Shown here piece by piece: positions 30,051 through 39,907 of a DNA stretch of 64,000 nt (within the stretch, counting starts at the first letter, position 1; every line of letters begins with the position of its first letter). The stretch is taken from contig JAAZOH010000038.1 of the NCBI GenBank assembly GCA_012797845.1, positions 11,919 through 75,918 on the forward strand, given 5' to 3'. The position numbers and the translations under genes are program-made. The notes under the pieces are model-generated. The model searched no databases. It was given only the letters and a program-made list of their open reading frames with translations, and was not told the origin of the DNA. This DNA comes from Candidatus Beckwithbacteria bacterium (GTDB lineage Bacteria; Patescibacteriota; Microgenomatia; UBA1400; UBA1449).

Positions 30051-31532
30051 TTATATTTCCCCAGCTAGAGTAGCTAATTCTTTTTCCCAATACCTGATTT
30101 TATTTTGTGGTAACAGTAATGCTCGGCTGGGTTGTAAACCTTCTACAAATTCAGGTGTATGGGAAACAAACAACATAGCGCCTTGGTACTTTTTTAAAGC
30201 TTCCAAAATGACCCGCTGGGACATAACGTCCAAATAGGTAGTTGGTTCATCTAGGATGAGCAAGTTATGTTGTTTAAGCAGAATTAAAGCTATGGCTAAT
30301 CTGGTTTTTTCACCACCTGATAAAGTTTCGATTTTTTGAAATACCTTTGATTGGGAAAACATAAATTTCCCTAAAACTGAGCGAATTTTGCCTTCGCTCA
30401 AATGAGCTTGTTCTTGAGCTATTTCAAACAGGTTTTTATCCATATCCAGGACTTCAAATTCTTGAGAATAATAGCCAATGTCTAAATTATTATTTTTAAT
30501 TATCTCTCCTGAATCTGGAGTAAGAAGCCCCAAAGCAATTTTAATTAAAGTGCTTTTTCCGGCGCCATTAGGGCCAATGAGGGCTATCCGCTCCCCTTTT
30601 GCAATCGATAGAGAAACATTATCTAAAACGACAGTGGTGCCAAAGGATTTGGAAACTCCTCTAATCATAATAGGCATGGCCCCGACATGGCTTGGCTCCG
30701 GTAAATTCAGTTTGATCTGCTGGACTTCTTGAGGCAAATCAGGCAGTGAAGTTTCCAATTTTTCAATACGACGTTTGAGCTGAGTACGTTGTTTAACTCC
30801 TCGGTCAGTTTTAAAGCGTGCCATTTTTTGCAAACCCTCTTTCATACGGGCAATATGTTTTTGCTCATTAAGGATTTGACGTTTAAGTAAATCATCGCGT
30901 TCTTTTTTACGTTTTACAAAATTTGAATAATTGCCCTTATACTCTTCTAAAGTATGTTTATGGATGTCAATAGCAATAACTTTATCAATGGCTTGGTCGA
31001 GCAAGTTCAAGTCATGAGATACCAAGAGAATGGTTTTGGGATAGTGGGCTAAAAAATTCATGATCCACTTTTTCCCGGCTATATCTAAAAAGTTAGTTGG
31101 CTCATCCAGGAGCAAAATATCCGGCTCCAAAAGCAAAGCCCTTATAATAGCGAGTTTAGTTTTTTGACCGCCGCTTAGTTTGTGGGGCGGTTTTTCAAGA
31201 TCTATGTCGGCCATCTCCAGCCCAACCAGCATTTTTTTTAGCTCTGCGTTTTGGTATTGATACTTACTATCAAGATAATTTCGTATAGTAGAACTTCCTT
31301 CCAAAATTTTGTCACGTTTTACCTCCTGGGAAACTAGTTCTACGCTACCTTGAACAGTGACCGTACCTTCTTCCGGAAACTCCCTTCCCATCAGGAGGTT
31401 AAACAGCGTAGACTTACCGGCACCATTGGGGCCGACTAAGCCGACTTTTTGGCAATTACCCACCATACAATTTGCTTTAATAAAAATTGGCTTTTCCCGG
31501 TATGAAAATGAAAGATCTTTTACTGAAATCAT
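30051..31532 (-). CDS. ABC-F family ATP-binding protein
   Basis: Two GPNGAGKST NBDs, LSGGQK/LSGGEK, DEPTN/DEPTT, YKGNYS linker, no TM. Confidence 0.93.
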   Translation of the reverse strand: MISVKDLSFSYREKPIFIKANCMVGNCQKVGLVGPNGAGKSTLFNLLMGREFPEEGTVTVQGSVELVSQEVKRDKILEGSSTIRNYLDSKYQYQNAELKKMLVGLEMADIDLEKPPHKLSGGQKTKLAIIRALLLEPDILLLDEPTNFLDIAGKKWIMNFLAHYPKTILLVSHDLNLLDQAIDKVIAIDIHKHTLEEYKGNYSNFVKRKKERDDLLKRQILNEQKHIARMKEGLQKMARFKTDRGVKQRTQLKRRIEKLETSLPDLPQEVQQIKLNLPEPSHVGAMPIMIRGVSKSFGTTVVLDNVSLSIAKGERIALIGPNGAGKSTLIKIALGLLTPDSGEIIKNNNLDIGYYSQEFEVLDMDKNLFEIAQEQAHLSEGKIRSVLGKFMFSQSKVFQKIETLSGGEKTRLAIALILLKQHNLLILDEPTTYLDVMSQRVILEALKKYQGAMLFVSHTPEFVEGLQPSRALLLPQNKIRYWEKELATLAGEI

Positions 31533-31668
31533 AGAAATAGGTAAAATACTTGGATAGTAGTATAGCGTAAAAATTAGCCTTCATGACAATTTGTTTTTCA
31601 CAACTATTTTGTTAGAATTTGGAGTAGGACAGATTAAAAACTCAAACTATAAAAAATAAAACACAGCT

Positions 31669-32085
31669 ATGAAATTTCTACCGTTATTACCAGAACTGTA
31701 TATTTCCAGTCTCAAAAAAAGCCTAGAATTTTATGTGGACATTATCGGTTTCAAAATTGAGTATAGCCGAGAGCACCCAAACTTTGCCTTTCTCTCCTAT
31801 CAGGGTAGCCAGCTGATGATTCAGGAGCTGGTGCCCGGTGAAAAGGAAAAAGAAAATCTGGACTACCCGTTTGGCCGGGGCATCAATTTTCAAATCGATA
31901 CTGAAAGTGTTAACCCCATTATGAAATCATTAAAACAACATGAGTATCCCCTTATCCGTGGCATTAAAGACAGCTGGTATCAGGCTGGAAAAGTAGTGTA
32001 CGGTTGCCGGGAAATATTAGTCAATGACCCAGACGGATACTTGTTGCGCTTTTCTGAAAGTTTGGGCAAAAAGAAAATTAAATAA
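31669..32085 (+). CDS. VOC/glyoxalase (bleomycin-resistance-like) protein
   Basis: PELYIS, SLEFY, YPFGRGINFQI, DPDGYLLRF. Confidence 0.9.
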   Translation: MKFLPLLPELYISSLKKSLEFYVDIIGFKIEYSREHPNFAFLSYQGSQLMIQELVPGEKEKENLDYPFGRGINFQIDTESVNPIMKSLKQHEYPLIRGIKDSWYQAGKVVYGCREILVNDPDGYLLRFSESLGKKKIK

Positions 32086-32689
32086 GATGACTAGTGTCAT
32101 TAAGCCTTTTCAAAATATAGTTTGAACCATGTTTTTCAACTTCAGTAATTGAGCATTCATTGACTTCAATATATTGAGCTTGGTTTTCGGGATTAGTTTT
32201 AGTGGGTAACAAACTATTATCAAATACTATTCTCAAAAAATCACCAATGGTACCGCCATGAGTAGCCATTAATATTGATTTGATATTTTTATCTGCTAAA
32301 ACCTGATTGCAAAATTCCAATACATCTCTTCCCGTTTGATTTGATGATCTGCTTTTAGGTGGTTTAAAATTTCGATCTAAATCAGTTTTCTGCCACAGCT
32401 GCCAAAATTCTTCAAACGTCTCTCCTTTTCTATCTCCCCAATTAAGCCGTTCATAGAGTCTTTGCTCAATAATAAGATTTAAGCCAAAGTTTACATTTAT
32501 ATATTGGGCAGTTTCTTTAGTTCTTAGTAAAGGACTGGAGTACAAAGCATCAATTGTTTTATCTTTAAAATAATTGGCTGTTGCTTTAGCTTGTCTAATT
32601 CCCAGATCAGTTAGACTGGGATCGCCTGGATGTTTTTCTTTTTGACCATGACGAACAAAGTAAATCGTTTGGGCCATAAGTATATGCAA
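32078..32689 (-). CDS. Histidine phosphatase family protein
   Basis: FVRHG, LTDLG..QA, SSPLLRTKETA, THGG, LNDTSHL. Confidence 0.92.
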   Translation of the reverse strand: MHILMAQTIYFVRHGQKEKHPGDPSLTDLGIRQAKATANYFKDKTIDALYSSPLLRTKETAQYINVNFGLNLIIEQRLYERLNWGDRKGETFEEFWQLWQKTDLDRNFKPPKSRSSNQTGRDVLEFCNQVLADKNIKSILMATHGGTIGDFLRIVFDNSLLPTKTNPENQAQYIEVNECSITEVEKHGSNYILKRLNDTSHLI

Positions 32690-32694
32690 AATAA

Positions 32695-33270
32695 TTATTT
32701 TCCTAAACTGTGAAAAAACTGAACGTATCTGTCTAAATTAGCAAAAAGTAGATAGGCATTAGCAACAATAAGTCCAGGTTTGACCAAATACCTTTCCCAA
32801 AAACTACCAGTTTTCATTCTCAAAAATTTGATTGGTGGAATTCCAAAATGAATATCAATAGGAAATAAAAGTGGCACACCTTCTGAAGTTAACAGATCCA
32901 TAATAATATGAGAAATTAGTCCAATCATAAAAGCCCACCACACAATAGTAATATCAACTAATAAAACCGGACTAATAAGATTTAAAATATAGCTGGCTGC
33001 CAAACCAAATAAAACCAGCCCCACAGCTGAATGTGATAGATGTCGATGAGCTCCTAAAAATGGTTGTAGGGCTCGGCCTAGTAAATTACCAGCTGGTAAT
33101 TTATCCCAAATTTTAGCAGTAGGTTTGTCCAAATCTGCGATCAGTCCACCAATAAAACAAGCACAAACAGCTACAAAAGCCGTAGCAATAGACATACTGG
33201 GAACTGTAAGAATAACGATGCAAAGATTGAGGGCAGTCAGAGCTGCCAAATCATGGGTTTGGCTGGTCAT
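32695..33270 (-). CDS. YdjM-like membrane metal-dependent hydrolase
   Basis: TH, DLD, HRHLSHS, SHIIMDLLT..GVPLLFP. Confidence 0.88.
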   Translation of the reverse strand: MTSQTHDLAALTALNLCIVILTVPSMSIATAFVAVCACFIGGLIADLDKPTAKIWDKLPAGNLLGRALQPFLGAHRHLSHSAVGLVLFGLAASYILNLISPVLLVDITIVWWAFMIGLISHIIMDLLTSEGVPLLFPIDIHFGIPPIKFLRMKTGSFWERYLVKPGLIVANAYLLFANLDRYVQFFHSLGK

Positions 33271-33287
33271 GGATATGTTATAGCAAT

Positions 33288-34190
33288 TTAAAAAGAGCTT
33301 CTCCAGTCTAAAAAAGCCTTTCCCAATTCAGGATCAAAATGAGTACCCAAATCGTCTGTCATAGCAGCGATAGCTTCTTCTGGAGATTGAGGTTTTTGAT
33401 AAAAATGTCTAAAAGGATCTAATCTAGCGCAATATACATCAGCAAGTGTGGATAATAAGACAATAGGAGGTATTTCTTTAGGATTAAAACCAAGATCAGC
33501 CAATATTTCATTATTGGGATATGATCTGTTTTTCTCTACAATTTCTTCAGGCGGATTAAACCAGCGTTGATGAAGTAAAGTGGAATGTAAAGCAAGCTGT
33601 ATAGTTGGGTCGTCTTCAATGCCCAATTGCTGAGCTTTTGTTTTTATAATCTCGTATCCCCTTTGAGGGTGAGTTGTAACCATTGCCCACTCAGGGTCTG
33701 ATAATTTTAATCTTGGTTTTTTCAAAGTACCATTCCAAATAGAATTTCCCTCAGTAGTGAGTTCAATAACTTTCTTTTCAAATCGACCATAATCATGAAC
33801 CAAACAAGCAAAAAAAGCTTGGTTCGGAGAAAAATCTAAACCTTGGCTAACTTGCATGCAAAAATCTCGGGCAGTAAACGCAACTGACAAACAGTGCAAT
33901 AAAATTTCTGGAGAAGTTTCAATACCATAATCCAAAAATTCATGAGCTATATGTTTAACTTCTTCGGAAAGCTTAGTATCAGTGATGTATTTTCTGGTTT
34001 CTTGAACAACTAATCTTGCTAACTCATTTCTTAACTCTGGCTCATTGCCGAAATCCAAGACAGATTCAATAACACTGGATATCTGTTGAGGTAGATTGTG
34101 ATCTAAATAATGTTTGACAATGGTTGTTTCTGTCCATTGGTTTTCTTGTCCAACTTCCTGAGTAGAAAGTTCCGAACTTGCTGTAGTCAT
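33288..34190 (-). CDS. HD-GYP-like phosphohydrolase
   Basis: HCLSVA, VHDYG, HPQRG, HQRW...SYP, ADVY, GTHFDP. Confidence 0.82.
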   Translation of the reverse strand: MTTASSELSTQEVGQENQWTETTIVKHYLDHNLPQQISSVIESVLDFGNEPELRNELARLVVQETRKYITDTKLSEEVKHIAHEFLDYGIETSPEILLHCLSVAFTARDFCMQVSQGLDFSPNQAFFACLVHDYGRFEKKVIELTTEGNSIWNGTLKKPRLKLSDPEWAMVTTHPQRGYEIIKTKAQQLGIEDDPTIQLALHSTLLHQRWFNPPEEIVEKNRSYPNNEILADLGFNPKEIPPIVLLSTLADVYCARLDPFRHFYQKPQSPEEAIAAMTDDLGTHFDPELGKAFLDWRSSF

Positions 34191-34206
34191 ACTGTAATAT
34201 AGGAAA

Positions 34207-35229
34207 TTATTTTAGTACGTAGTAGCTTGACTTTGTACTTCCCTTTCTTTCTATTAACCCTTTTTCCACCAGACCACTTAATAAGTTATGAGCTTGTTGT
34301 CTCGAAACTTGTAACTGTCCAGCGATTTCTGTTGAAGTAGTTTCTGGATATTTCATCATAATATCCAAAACTGTCCGTTCTTTAGTGCTTGGTCGTTGAG
34401 CTATGTGTAGTGTTTGCAATGAAGTTTGAGCTTTAGCTAAAGCACTTTGAAGTGAGTACTTAACTCCATCGCTAAAATATTCGAGCCACTGAGTTTTGTC
34501 ACCATCATCAGCACTGTGCAGCATGTCGGAATACTGGTTTCGATCAATATCATAGTAATCATCCAAAATAAAATACCTATTGATTCGATAGCCGGCTTTT
34601 ATAAATAGTAAGGCAGTTAGCATCCGGCAAATCCGACCATTTCCATCTAAAAATGGGTGAATATAAACAAAATGATGATGAAAAATCCCAGCTTTGACTA
34701 CTACTGGTAATTCAGTTTGTTGCTTAGCCCAAGACAATAATTCTTCCAAAGCTTGTCTGATTTCGGTCTTAGCATGATATGGAGGCATATGTTTAATATT
34801 CAACTTTACTTTGCCATTCTCCTCTCTTGTATAACGGCTGACGGCCACTATTTCATTGCGAAGCCGGCCAGCTCCTTCTTCAAAATGAGCAAATAATTCC
34901 TGATGTAAATCAGTTACTAGCTTGGCACTGAAAGGTTTTTGAGCATAACTATCCAATTTTTCCAACATGGCAAAATAGTTAGCAATCTCTTTTTCATCAC
35001 GATTGCTTGGCATGCGGTCATTAAGAATCAAATTAGTTACCTCAGGTAAGGTCATGGGGTTACCCTCGATCCGGTTGGAAGCATAGGCTGATTCAATCAG
35101 ATTATTACGTTTAAGATTTAATTCCAACTGTTTTGGGAGGCGTAAAGCCTCAACTTGACCATACAGCCGCTCACAGGTAGCAACATTATTAAAAAGATGA
35201 TTAGTTAGGGAATATTGGGGTTGAAACAT
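34207..35229 (-). CDS. Fic family protein with C-terminal winged HTH
   Basis: HPFLDGNGRICR Fic motif; SNRIEGN inhibitory motif; C-terminal HTH ending GLIERKGSTKSSYY. Confidence 0.93.
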   Translation of the reverse strand: MFQPQYSLTNHLFNNVATCERLYGQVEALRLPKQLELNLKRNNLIESAYASNRIEGNPMTLPEVTNLILNDRMPSNRDEKEIANYFAMLEKLDSYAQKPFSAKLVTDLHQELFAHFEEGAGRLRNEIVAVSRYTREENGKVKLNIKHMPPYHAKTEIRQALEELLSWAKQQTELPVVVKAGIFHHHFVYIHPFLDGNGRICRMLTALLFIKAGYRINRYFILDDYYDIDRNQYSDMLHSADDGDKTQWLEYFSDGVKYSLQSALAKAQTSLQTLHIAQRPSTKERTVLDIMMKYPETTSTEIAGQLQVSRQQAHNLLSGLVEKGLIERKGSTKSSYYVLK

Positions 35230-35238
35230 GGCAGTATA

Positions 35239-35326
35239 TGTAAAATAATTGTAAATATAATTGTAAAGCTAATTGTCAGTTTGTCAAGTATTAATTGTAA
35301 AGGTATTTGTCAATATAAAAGTAAAT
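35239..35326. repeat. Array of TTGT(A/C)A motifs at 12-bp spacing overlapping the fic promoter
   Basis: Motifs at 35249, 35261, 35273, 35281, 35295, 35307 (degenerate 35319); minus strand TTGACA-16-TACAAT. Confidence 0.7.
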
Positions 35327-35384
35327 AGTCTTGCGATTTTGTAATTTATCCTCTATAACAAAACTAGTAAATAAAAGGAGATAT

Positions 35385-36089
35385 ATGAGCCTAAAAAACA
35401 AAACTATTCTTATTTCTGGAGGCAATTCTGGTTTGGGGTTTGAGATTAGTAAACAATTAATTAGATTGGGTTCTAAAGTGATTATTCTAGGTAAAAATCA
35501 GAATAATCTTAACCTTGCAGTTAAAAAACTTAAATCCCCATTTGCCTCTTCGATGGTTTGCGACCTAACTAATGCTGAAGAAATTGAAAAATTAAACATT
35601 GGCAAGCTCGATATTTTAATCAACTGTGCCGGAGTTATCAAATATTCACCACTAGAAAAACACAGTATTACTGATATCAAAAACATTATTGATACTAATC
35701 TGATAGGAACTATTTTACTGACTAGGCAAGTTTTGCCAATTTTGAAAAAACAAAATTCAGGGATTATTGTCAATATTTCCTCGACTTCCGGTTTAATGAC
35801 AGGTGGCCATGCTTATGAAAGTGTATATATTGCCAGTAAATTTGGCGTCACTGGCTTTACGGAAAGTTTAAAAAAAGAAATGGCAGAGGAAGGTAAAAAT
35901 ATTAAAGTCTTAGGTTTTTATCCCGGTGGTATGAATACCCCACTTTTTACTAAATCTGGTGAAGATAAAGACACCACAAATTTTATGGATCCAGCTGAAA
36001 TTGCTAAAATTTTAGTTTTTATGTTGCAACAGCCTGATGCTGTATCTATGGATCATATTGTGGTTAATCGAAATAAAACTGCTAAGTAA
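35385..36089 (+). CDS. SDR family oxidoreductase
   Basis: SGGNSGLG, INCAG, YIASK; AAGGAG SD before ATG 35385. Confidence 0.93.
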   Translation: MSLKNKTILISGGNSGLGFEISKQLIRLGSKVIILGKNQNNLNLAVKKLKSPFASSMVCDLTNAEEIEKLNIGKLDILINCAGVIKYSPLEKHSITDIKNIIDTNLIGTILLTRQVLPILKKQNSGIIVNISSTSGLMTGGHAYESVYIASKFGVTGFTESLKKEMAEEGKNIKVLGFYPGGMNTPLFTKSGEDKDTTNFMDPAEIAKILVFMLQQPDAVSMDHIVVNRNKTAK

Positions 36090-36192
36090 ATATTTGCTCT
36101 CAATATTTCAATAGTTTAGTAATTAGTTTTATAGGCTTAAAAATTAATCTAAAATGCTATAATGCTTATATTTATTTATATATAAGGATATT

Positions 36193-36783
36193 ATGGCTGA
36201 ACGAGTTGCAGTTTTAGATTATGGCAATCTTGATTTTATTGATAGAGCTAAAGCTAGTAGTAATGTAGAGCTTACACGACTAATAGTTGGATTATTTGTA
36301 ACGACAACTGATGAAAATGGTGAATTTTGTGTGGTTTTACAAAGAAGATCAAAACATAAAAAAGAATTTCCAGATTGTTTAACTTTTTTAGTTTCTGGCC
36401 ATGTTGATGAACAAGACATGTATCATGTATTTGCTTTACCTCAAACTTTACTTGAAGCTTTGACTGATACCGCTTTATTAAGAGAATCATTTGAAGAAAT
36501 AGGTATTACAATAGAAAAATTTGATGAAACAAGATGTTTTGATAGTGAGATAAGAGAAAATAATATACCAGCCAAGCAAATGCATATTAAAACAATTTGT
36601 ATAGATAGGTCTGTTTTAGGAGAACTACGTTACAATCCTGAAGAAGTTGACGGCATAGAGGTTGTTCCACTCAAAAAAATTATAGAGCAAATAAAACTAT
36701 CACCAGAAGAAAGGGAAGCTGGTTTTGAATTCACCACTCCGTTTGAAGAATTTATGAGATTAGTTTTTAATAAGCTTTTATAG
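36193..36783 (+). CDS. Nudix hydrolase (IDI-like subgroup)
   Basis: LQRRS..K..FP, SGHVD, RESFEEIGI, NPEEVD. Confidence 0.85.
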   Translation: MAERVAVLDYGNLDFIDRAKASSNVELTRLIVGLFVTTTDENGEFCVVLQRRSKHKKEFPDCLTFLVSGHVDEQDMYHVFALPQTLLEALTDTALLRESFEEIGITIEKFDETRCFDSEIRENNIPAKQMHIKTICIDRSVLGELRYNPEEVDGIEVVPLKKIIEQIKLSPEEREAGFEFTTPFEEFMRLVFNKLL

Positions 36784-36818
36784 TCTGTTCCCGCTTTGGG
36801 GCCAACTGTAAACATAAA
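36767..36818 (-). repeat. Orphan duplicate of the purA 3' end
   Basis: 24 bp identical (36776-36799 = 38471-38494); encodes FMFTVG/PKREQTIKAY* with a 1-nt insertion vs FMLTVGPKREQTIKCY*. Confidence 0.92.
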
Positions 36819-36885
36819 AGCTAAATATTTATGGTTAAAAATCATACTATTTGCTACTATTAATGCAAATATAAAATTATGATTT

Positions 36886-38457
36886 ATGACTTTCAAAAAA
36901 TATAAAATATTTAATAATAATTTTTTTTGGTTTTTTTTGTTATTTACTTTTTTTATCTTAATTCAAATAGACTTTTATAATCATGGAGCTTTATCAGATG
37001 ATTTAGCTGAATACATACAAAACCCTCTTAGAATAATTAATGGACAAATTCCATACAAAGATTTTTGGCTTTTATTTCCTCCTGGAGAAGTTTATGTTCC
37101 AGCACTAGTATATAAAATTTTTGGATTACAAATAAAAAGTATTTTATTATTTAATGTTTTTATAAAAAGTCTTGTTTCATCAGCAGTTTTTATATTAATG
37201 AAGTTAATTTGTAAAAAAAATATTTATGCAGCAGTTTCGGCGATTCTGTTTTTTTTCATGGGAGATTTACAAATTTACATGTTTTTTTTACTTTTTTCAT
37301 TTTTATTTATTTATGAATATCTTTTTACAGAAAATAGATTTTGGTTATTTATGGCTGGTTCTTTTGTAGGGGTAGCTTTTAATTTTAGATTTTTTTTAAC
37401 AGGTGCTTTTGCTTTTTCCGTAATTACATTATTAGTTCTAAAAATAGGGAAAATTAAATTATTATTGCAAAATATTTTGACATTTATTTTAGGAACATTT
37501 CTTATTTTTACTTTTAACTTTTGGTTATATAAAAAATTCTTTTTTGCAATGATACAGGAAACAGTTTTAAAAGGACTAAAACATGGGACAACGATGGATA
37601 TAAATTATATTGATCAAATTTTTATTAGTTTAGATATTTTAAAAAAATCTTTCTCAACTCTTTTAAACCAATTTGGCATTATGAACAGTTGGTCATTCAT
37701 GGTATTTTTTTTCGAATTTATTCTGACCGTTTGTCTTTATGCTTTGCCATTTTTGGCAATTTTAATAGCAATTTATTTATTATTTTTTAAAAAAAGAAAT
37801 TTTATTAAAAAAGAAATTATTTATTTATTATTAATTTGGGGAACACTAGTTTTTTTAAAAAGTATTCGTAAACCAGACCCTGAACACCTAGTATATGCAA
37901 ATTCTATTTTTTTACTTCTTTTTATTTACATTTTTTCAAAACTTAAAACAAGCAAACTTAAATCATTAATGAATATAGTTATTATCATTTTTTTAATGCG
38001 TTTATATGTTTTTGCTTTTCACTACTATTTTAATTTTAGAATTCCTCAATATAACGTAACTGCAAAGTTTGGGACATTACAGGTTAGCAACGAATATGAG
38101 GCAAAAAAATTGCAATCGGTGATTAGATTTATTGAGCAAAACAGTTCTAGGAATGATTATATTTTAAACACACTGTTTTATTCACCTCCATTTTACGCAA
38201 TGACAGGAAGAAAAAATGCTACTTATTATGATTCTTTAATTGATCTTTTTACAAATAAAAATTTTCAAAAAGAAAAAATGATTTGTAATCAAATTTTAAA
38301 CAGTAATACTAAATTAGTAATACATAATCCTAAATGGAAATTTGGAGATAGAGGTGAGTTCGACCAACAGTTACCAATATTGCAAAAATGTATAGATCAA
38401 AATTTTGTTCTTAAAGAAAAAAATGATGAATATTGGCTTTATAAAAAAATGAGTTAA
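36886..38457 (+). CDS. GT-C-fold (ArnT/PMT-like) membrane glycosyltransferase, very AT-rich
   Basis: DD after TM1, GQIPYKDFWLLFPPG, many TM helices, C-terminal soluble domain. Confidence 0.75.
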   Translation: MTFKKYKIFNNNFFWFFLLFTFFILIQIDFYNHGALSDDLAEYIQNPLRIINGQIPYKDFWLLFPPGEVYVPALVYKIFGLQIKSILLFNVFIKSLVSSAVFILMKLICKKNIYAAVSAILFFFMGDLQIYMFFLLFSFLFIYEYLFTENRFWLFMAGSFVGVAFNFRFFLTGAFAFSVITLLVLKIGKIKLLLQNILTFILGTFLIFTFNFWLYKKFFFAMIQETVLKGLKHGTTMDINYIDQIFISLDILKKSFSTLLNQFGIMNSWSFMVFFFEFILTVCLYALPFLAILIAIYLLFFKKRNFIKKEIIYLLLIWGTLVFLKSIRKPDPEHLVYANSIFLLLFIYIFSKLKTSKLKSLMNIVIIIFLMRLYVFAFHYYFNFRIPQYNVTAKFGTLQVSNEYEAKKLQSVIRFIEQNSSRNDYILNTLFYSPPFYAMTGRKNATYYDSLIDLFTNKNFQKEKMICNQILNSNTKLVIHNPKWKFGDRGEFDQQLPILQKCIDQNFVLKEKNDEYWLYKKMS

Positions 38458-38461
38458 TTAA

Positions 38462-39907
38462 TTAGTAACATTTTATAGTCTGTTCCCGCTTTGGACCGAC
38501 TGTCAGCATAAACGGCTTAGCTTGCAAACAGGCGCTAAGAAAACTGATATACTGCTTAGTTTCTTTGGGCAAATCATCATAACAACGGACTTGACTGACG
38601 GTTTTGCCATCCCATGATGGCAATTCAAGATACTCTGGCTTGACGGTATCTAAATAGCTTTGGTCAGGCCGGTAAGCAACTTCCTTACCATTTTGTTTGT
38701 AGGCAATGCAAACTTTAATGGGTATATTTTGATAACAAATGTCTAAGTGAGTCATATTTACATATTCAATTCCTCCTACTCTAAACAAAAAAGATAACAT
38801 CGGCAAATCAATATAGGCAATATCCCGCGGGCGTTTTGTTGTTGCACCATACTCATTAGCATCCTCTCTAATTTTTGCTGCCAACTTGGTTTTTATTAGG
38901 GTGGGTAAAACACGGGAACCAACGCTAGAGGTATAGGTGGTTTTAATGGTAGCGGTTTTAATAGCTATCTGATTTGGATCAACAACCCCATCAGTTGAAG
39001 ATAAAATGCCATCAAGACCACAGTTGGAAACTGTTACGTCTGGATAAACACCCCAACGTTTATCAAGACCTAAGGCTTGAGCCTTTTCAAAAATAATCGG
39101 AGTTTTGTTTTCCCATCGGTTTTTAATTAAATCATAAACAGAAGTAGCAAATGGTTTTATTTGATTTCTGGTTTTTTCTAACCGGTTTAGGAAAATTTTT
39201 AAACTGCCAACTTTTACCGCTTCTCCCGTCAATCTCGGCACTTCAATTTTGGCAAGATCAAAATTCATACCCTTGATCCATTCCTGATACAGTTTGAAAT
39301 GATTAGTTAATTTATCTTTCCAGTTACGAGCCATTAAATCTCTGATTCGTAAAGCATGGCGAAAAATCACGTCAGCATAGGCTGGAGAAATGCCCCTACC
39401 AGTGGCACCAAGATAGCCGTCGGCACGCTGCTTTAAAACTGCATCAAAAGCACGGTGAGTATCTAGGCACAAAAAAGCCATTTCATCAATTGAAAGACGT
39501 GCCGGCAAATTTTTACTATTTGTAGCTTTTTTCACAAGTTCAATTTCTGTGATCAAATCCTCTGGATGAAGCACCATTTCTTTACCAAGCATAATATGGC
39601 AGCCTTTTTGTAAAATACCTGACCCTAGCTGATGTAAAGCAATTCTGACATTACCAACTTCTACGGTATGGCCGGCATTAGCACCGCCGTTATCGCGATA
39701 CACAACGACCTCTTTGTGTTTTTTCAAAAAATTAGCAACCAACTCATCAACAATTCTCCCCTTCCCTTCATCTCCAATGGCACCGCCACCAATAGCTATA
39801 GAATTAGGTCGATTTTTTAAAAAAAGATTTGACGTTTGTTTTGGCAGTTTTTTTACATATTTATTTTGTTTATAGACCTGTCGATATATGTTTAAAAAAT
39901 CAGACAT
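38462..39907 (-). CDS. purA: Adenylosuccinate synthetase (divergent)
   Basis: GDEGKG, GGANAGHT, GATGRGISPAY, EYGATTKRPR, VGP. Confidence 0.92.
   Translation of the reverse strand: MSDFLNIYRQVYKQNKYVKKLPKQTSNLFLKNRPNSIAIGGGAIGDEGKGRIVDELVANFLKKHKEVVVYRDNGGANAGHTVEVGNVRIALHQLGSGILQKGCHIMLGKEMVLHPEDLITEIELVKKATNSKNLPARLSIDEMAFLCLDTHRAFDAVLKQRADGYLGATGRGISPAYADVIFRHALRIRDLMARNWKDKLTNHFKLYQEWIKGMNFDLAKIEVPRLTGEAVKVGSLKIFLNRLEKTRNQIKPFATSVYDLIKNRWENKTPIIFEKAQALGLDKRWGVYPDVTVSNCGLDGILSSTDGVVDPNQIAIKTATIKTTYTSSVGSRVLPTLIKTKLAAKIREDANEYGATTKRPRDIAYIDLPMLSFLFRVGGIEYVNMTHLDICYQNIPIKVCIAYKQNGKEVAYRPDQSYLDTVKPEYLELPSWDGKTVSQVRCYDDLPKETKQYISFLSACLQAKPFMLTVGPKREQTIKCY

Noticed and set aside
30051-31532. 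Antibiotic-resistance ABC-F call
   Set aside because: Subfamily cannot be assigned by eye, and no leader attenuator is evident upstream
35239-35326. CRISPR array
   Set aside because: Units are 12 bp, degenerate and lack unique spacers; no cas genes
38462-39907. PurZ (2-aminoadenine pathway) assignment
   Set aside because: Catalytic Asp (GDEGKG) is retained rather than Ser, it is paired with purB, and there is no phage context
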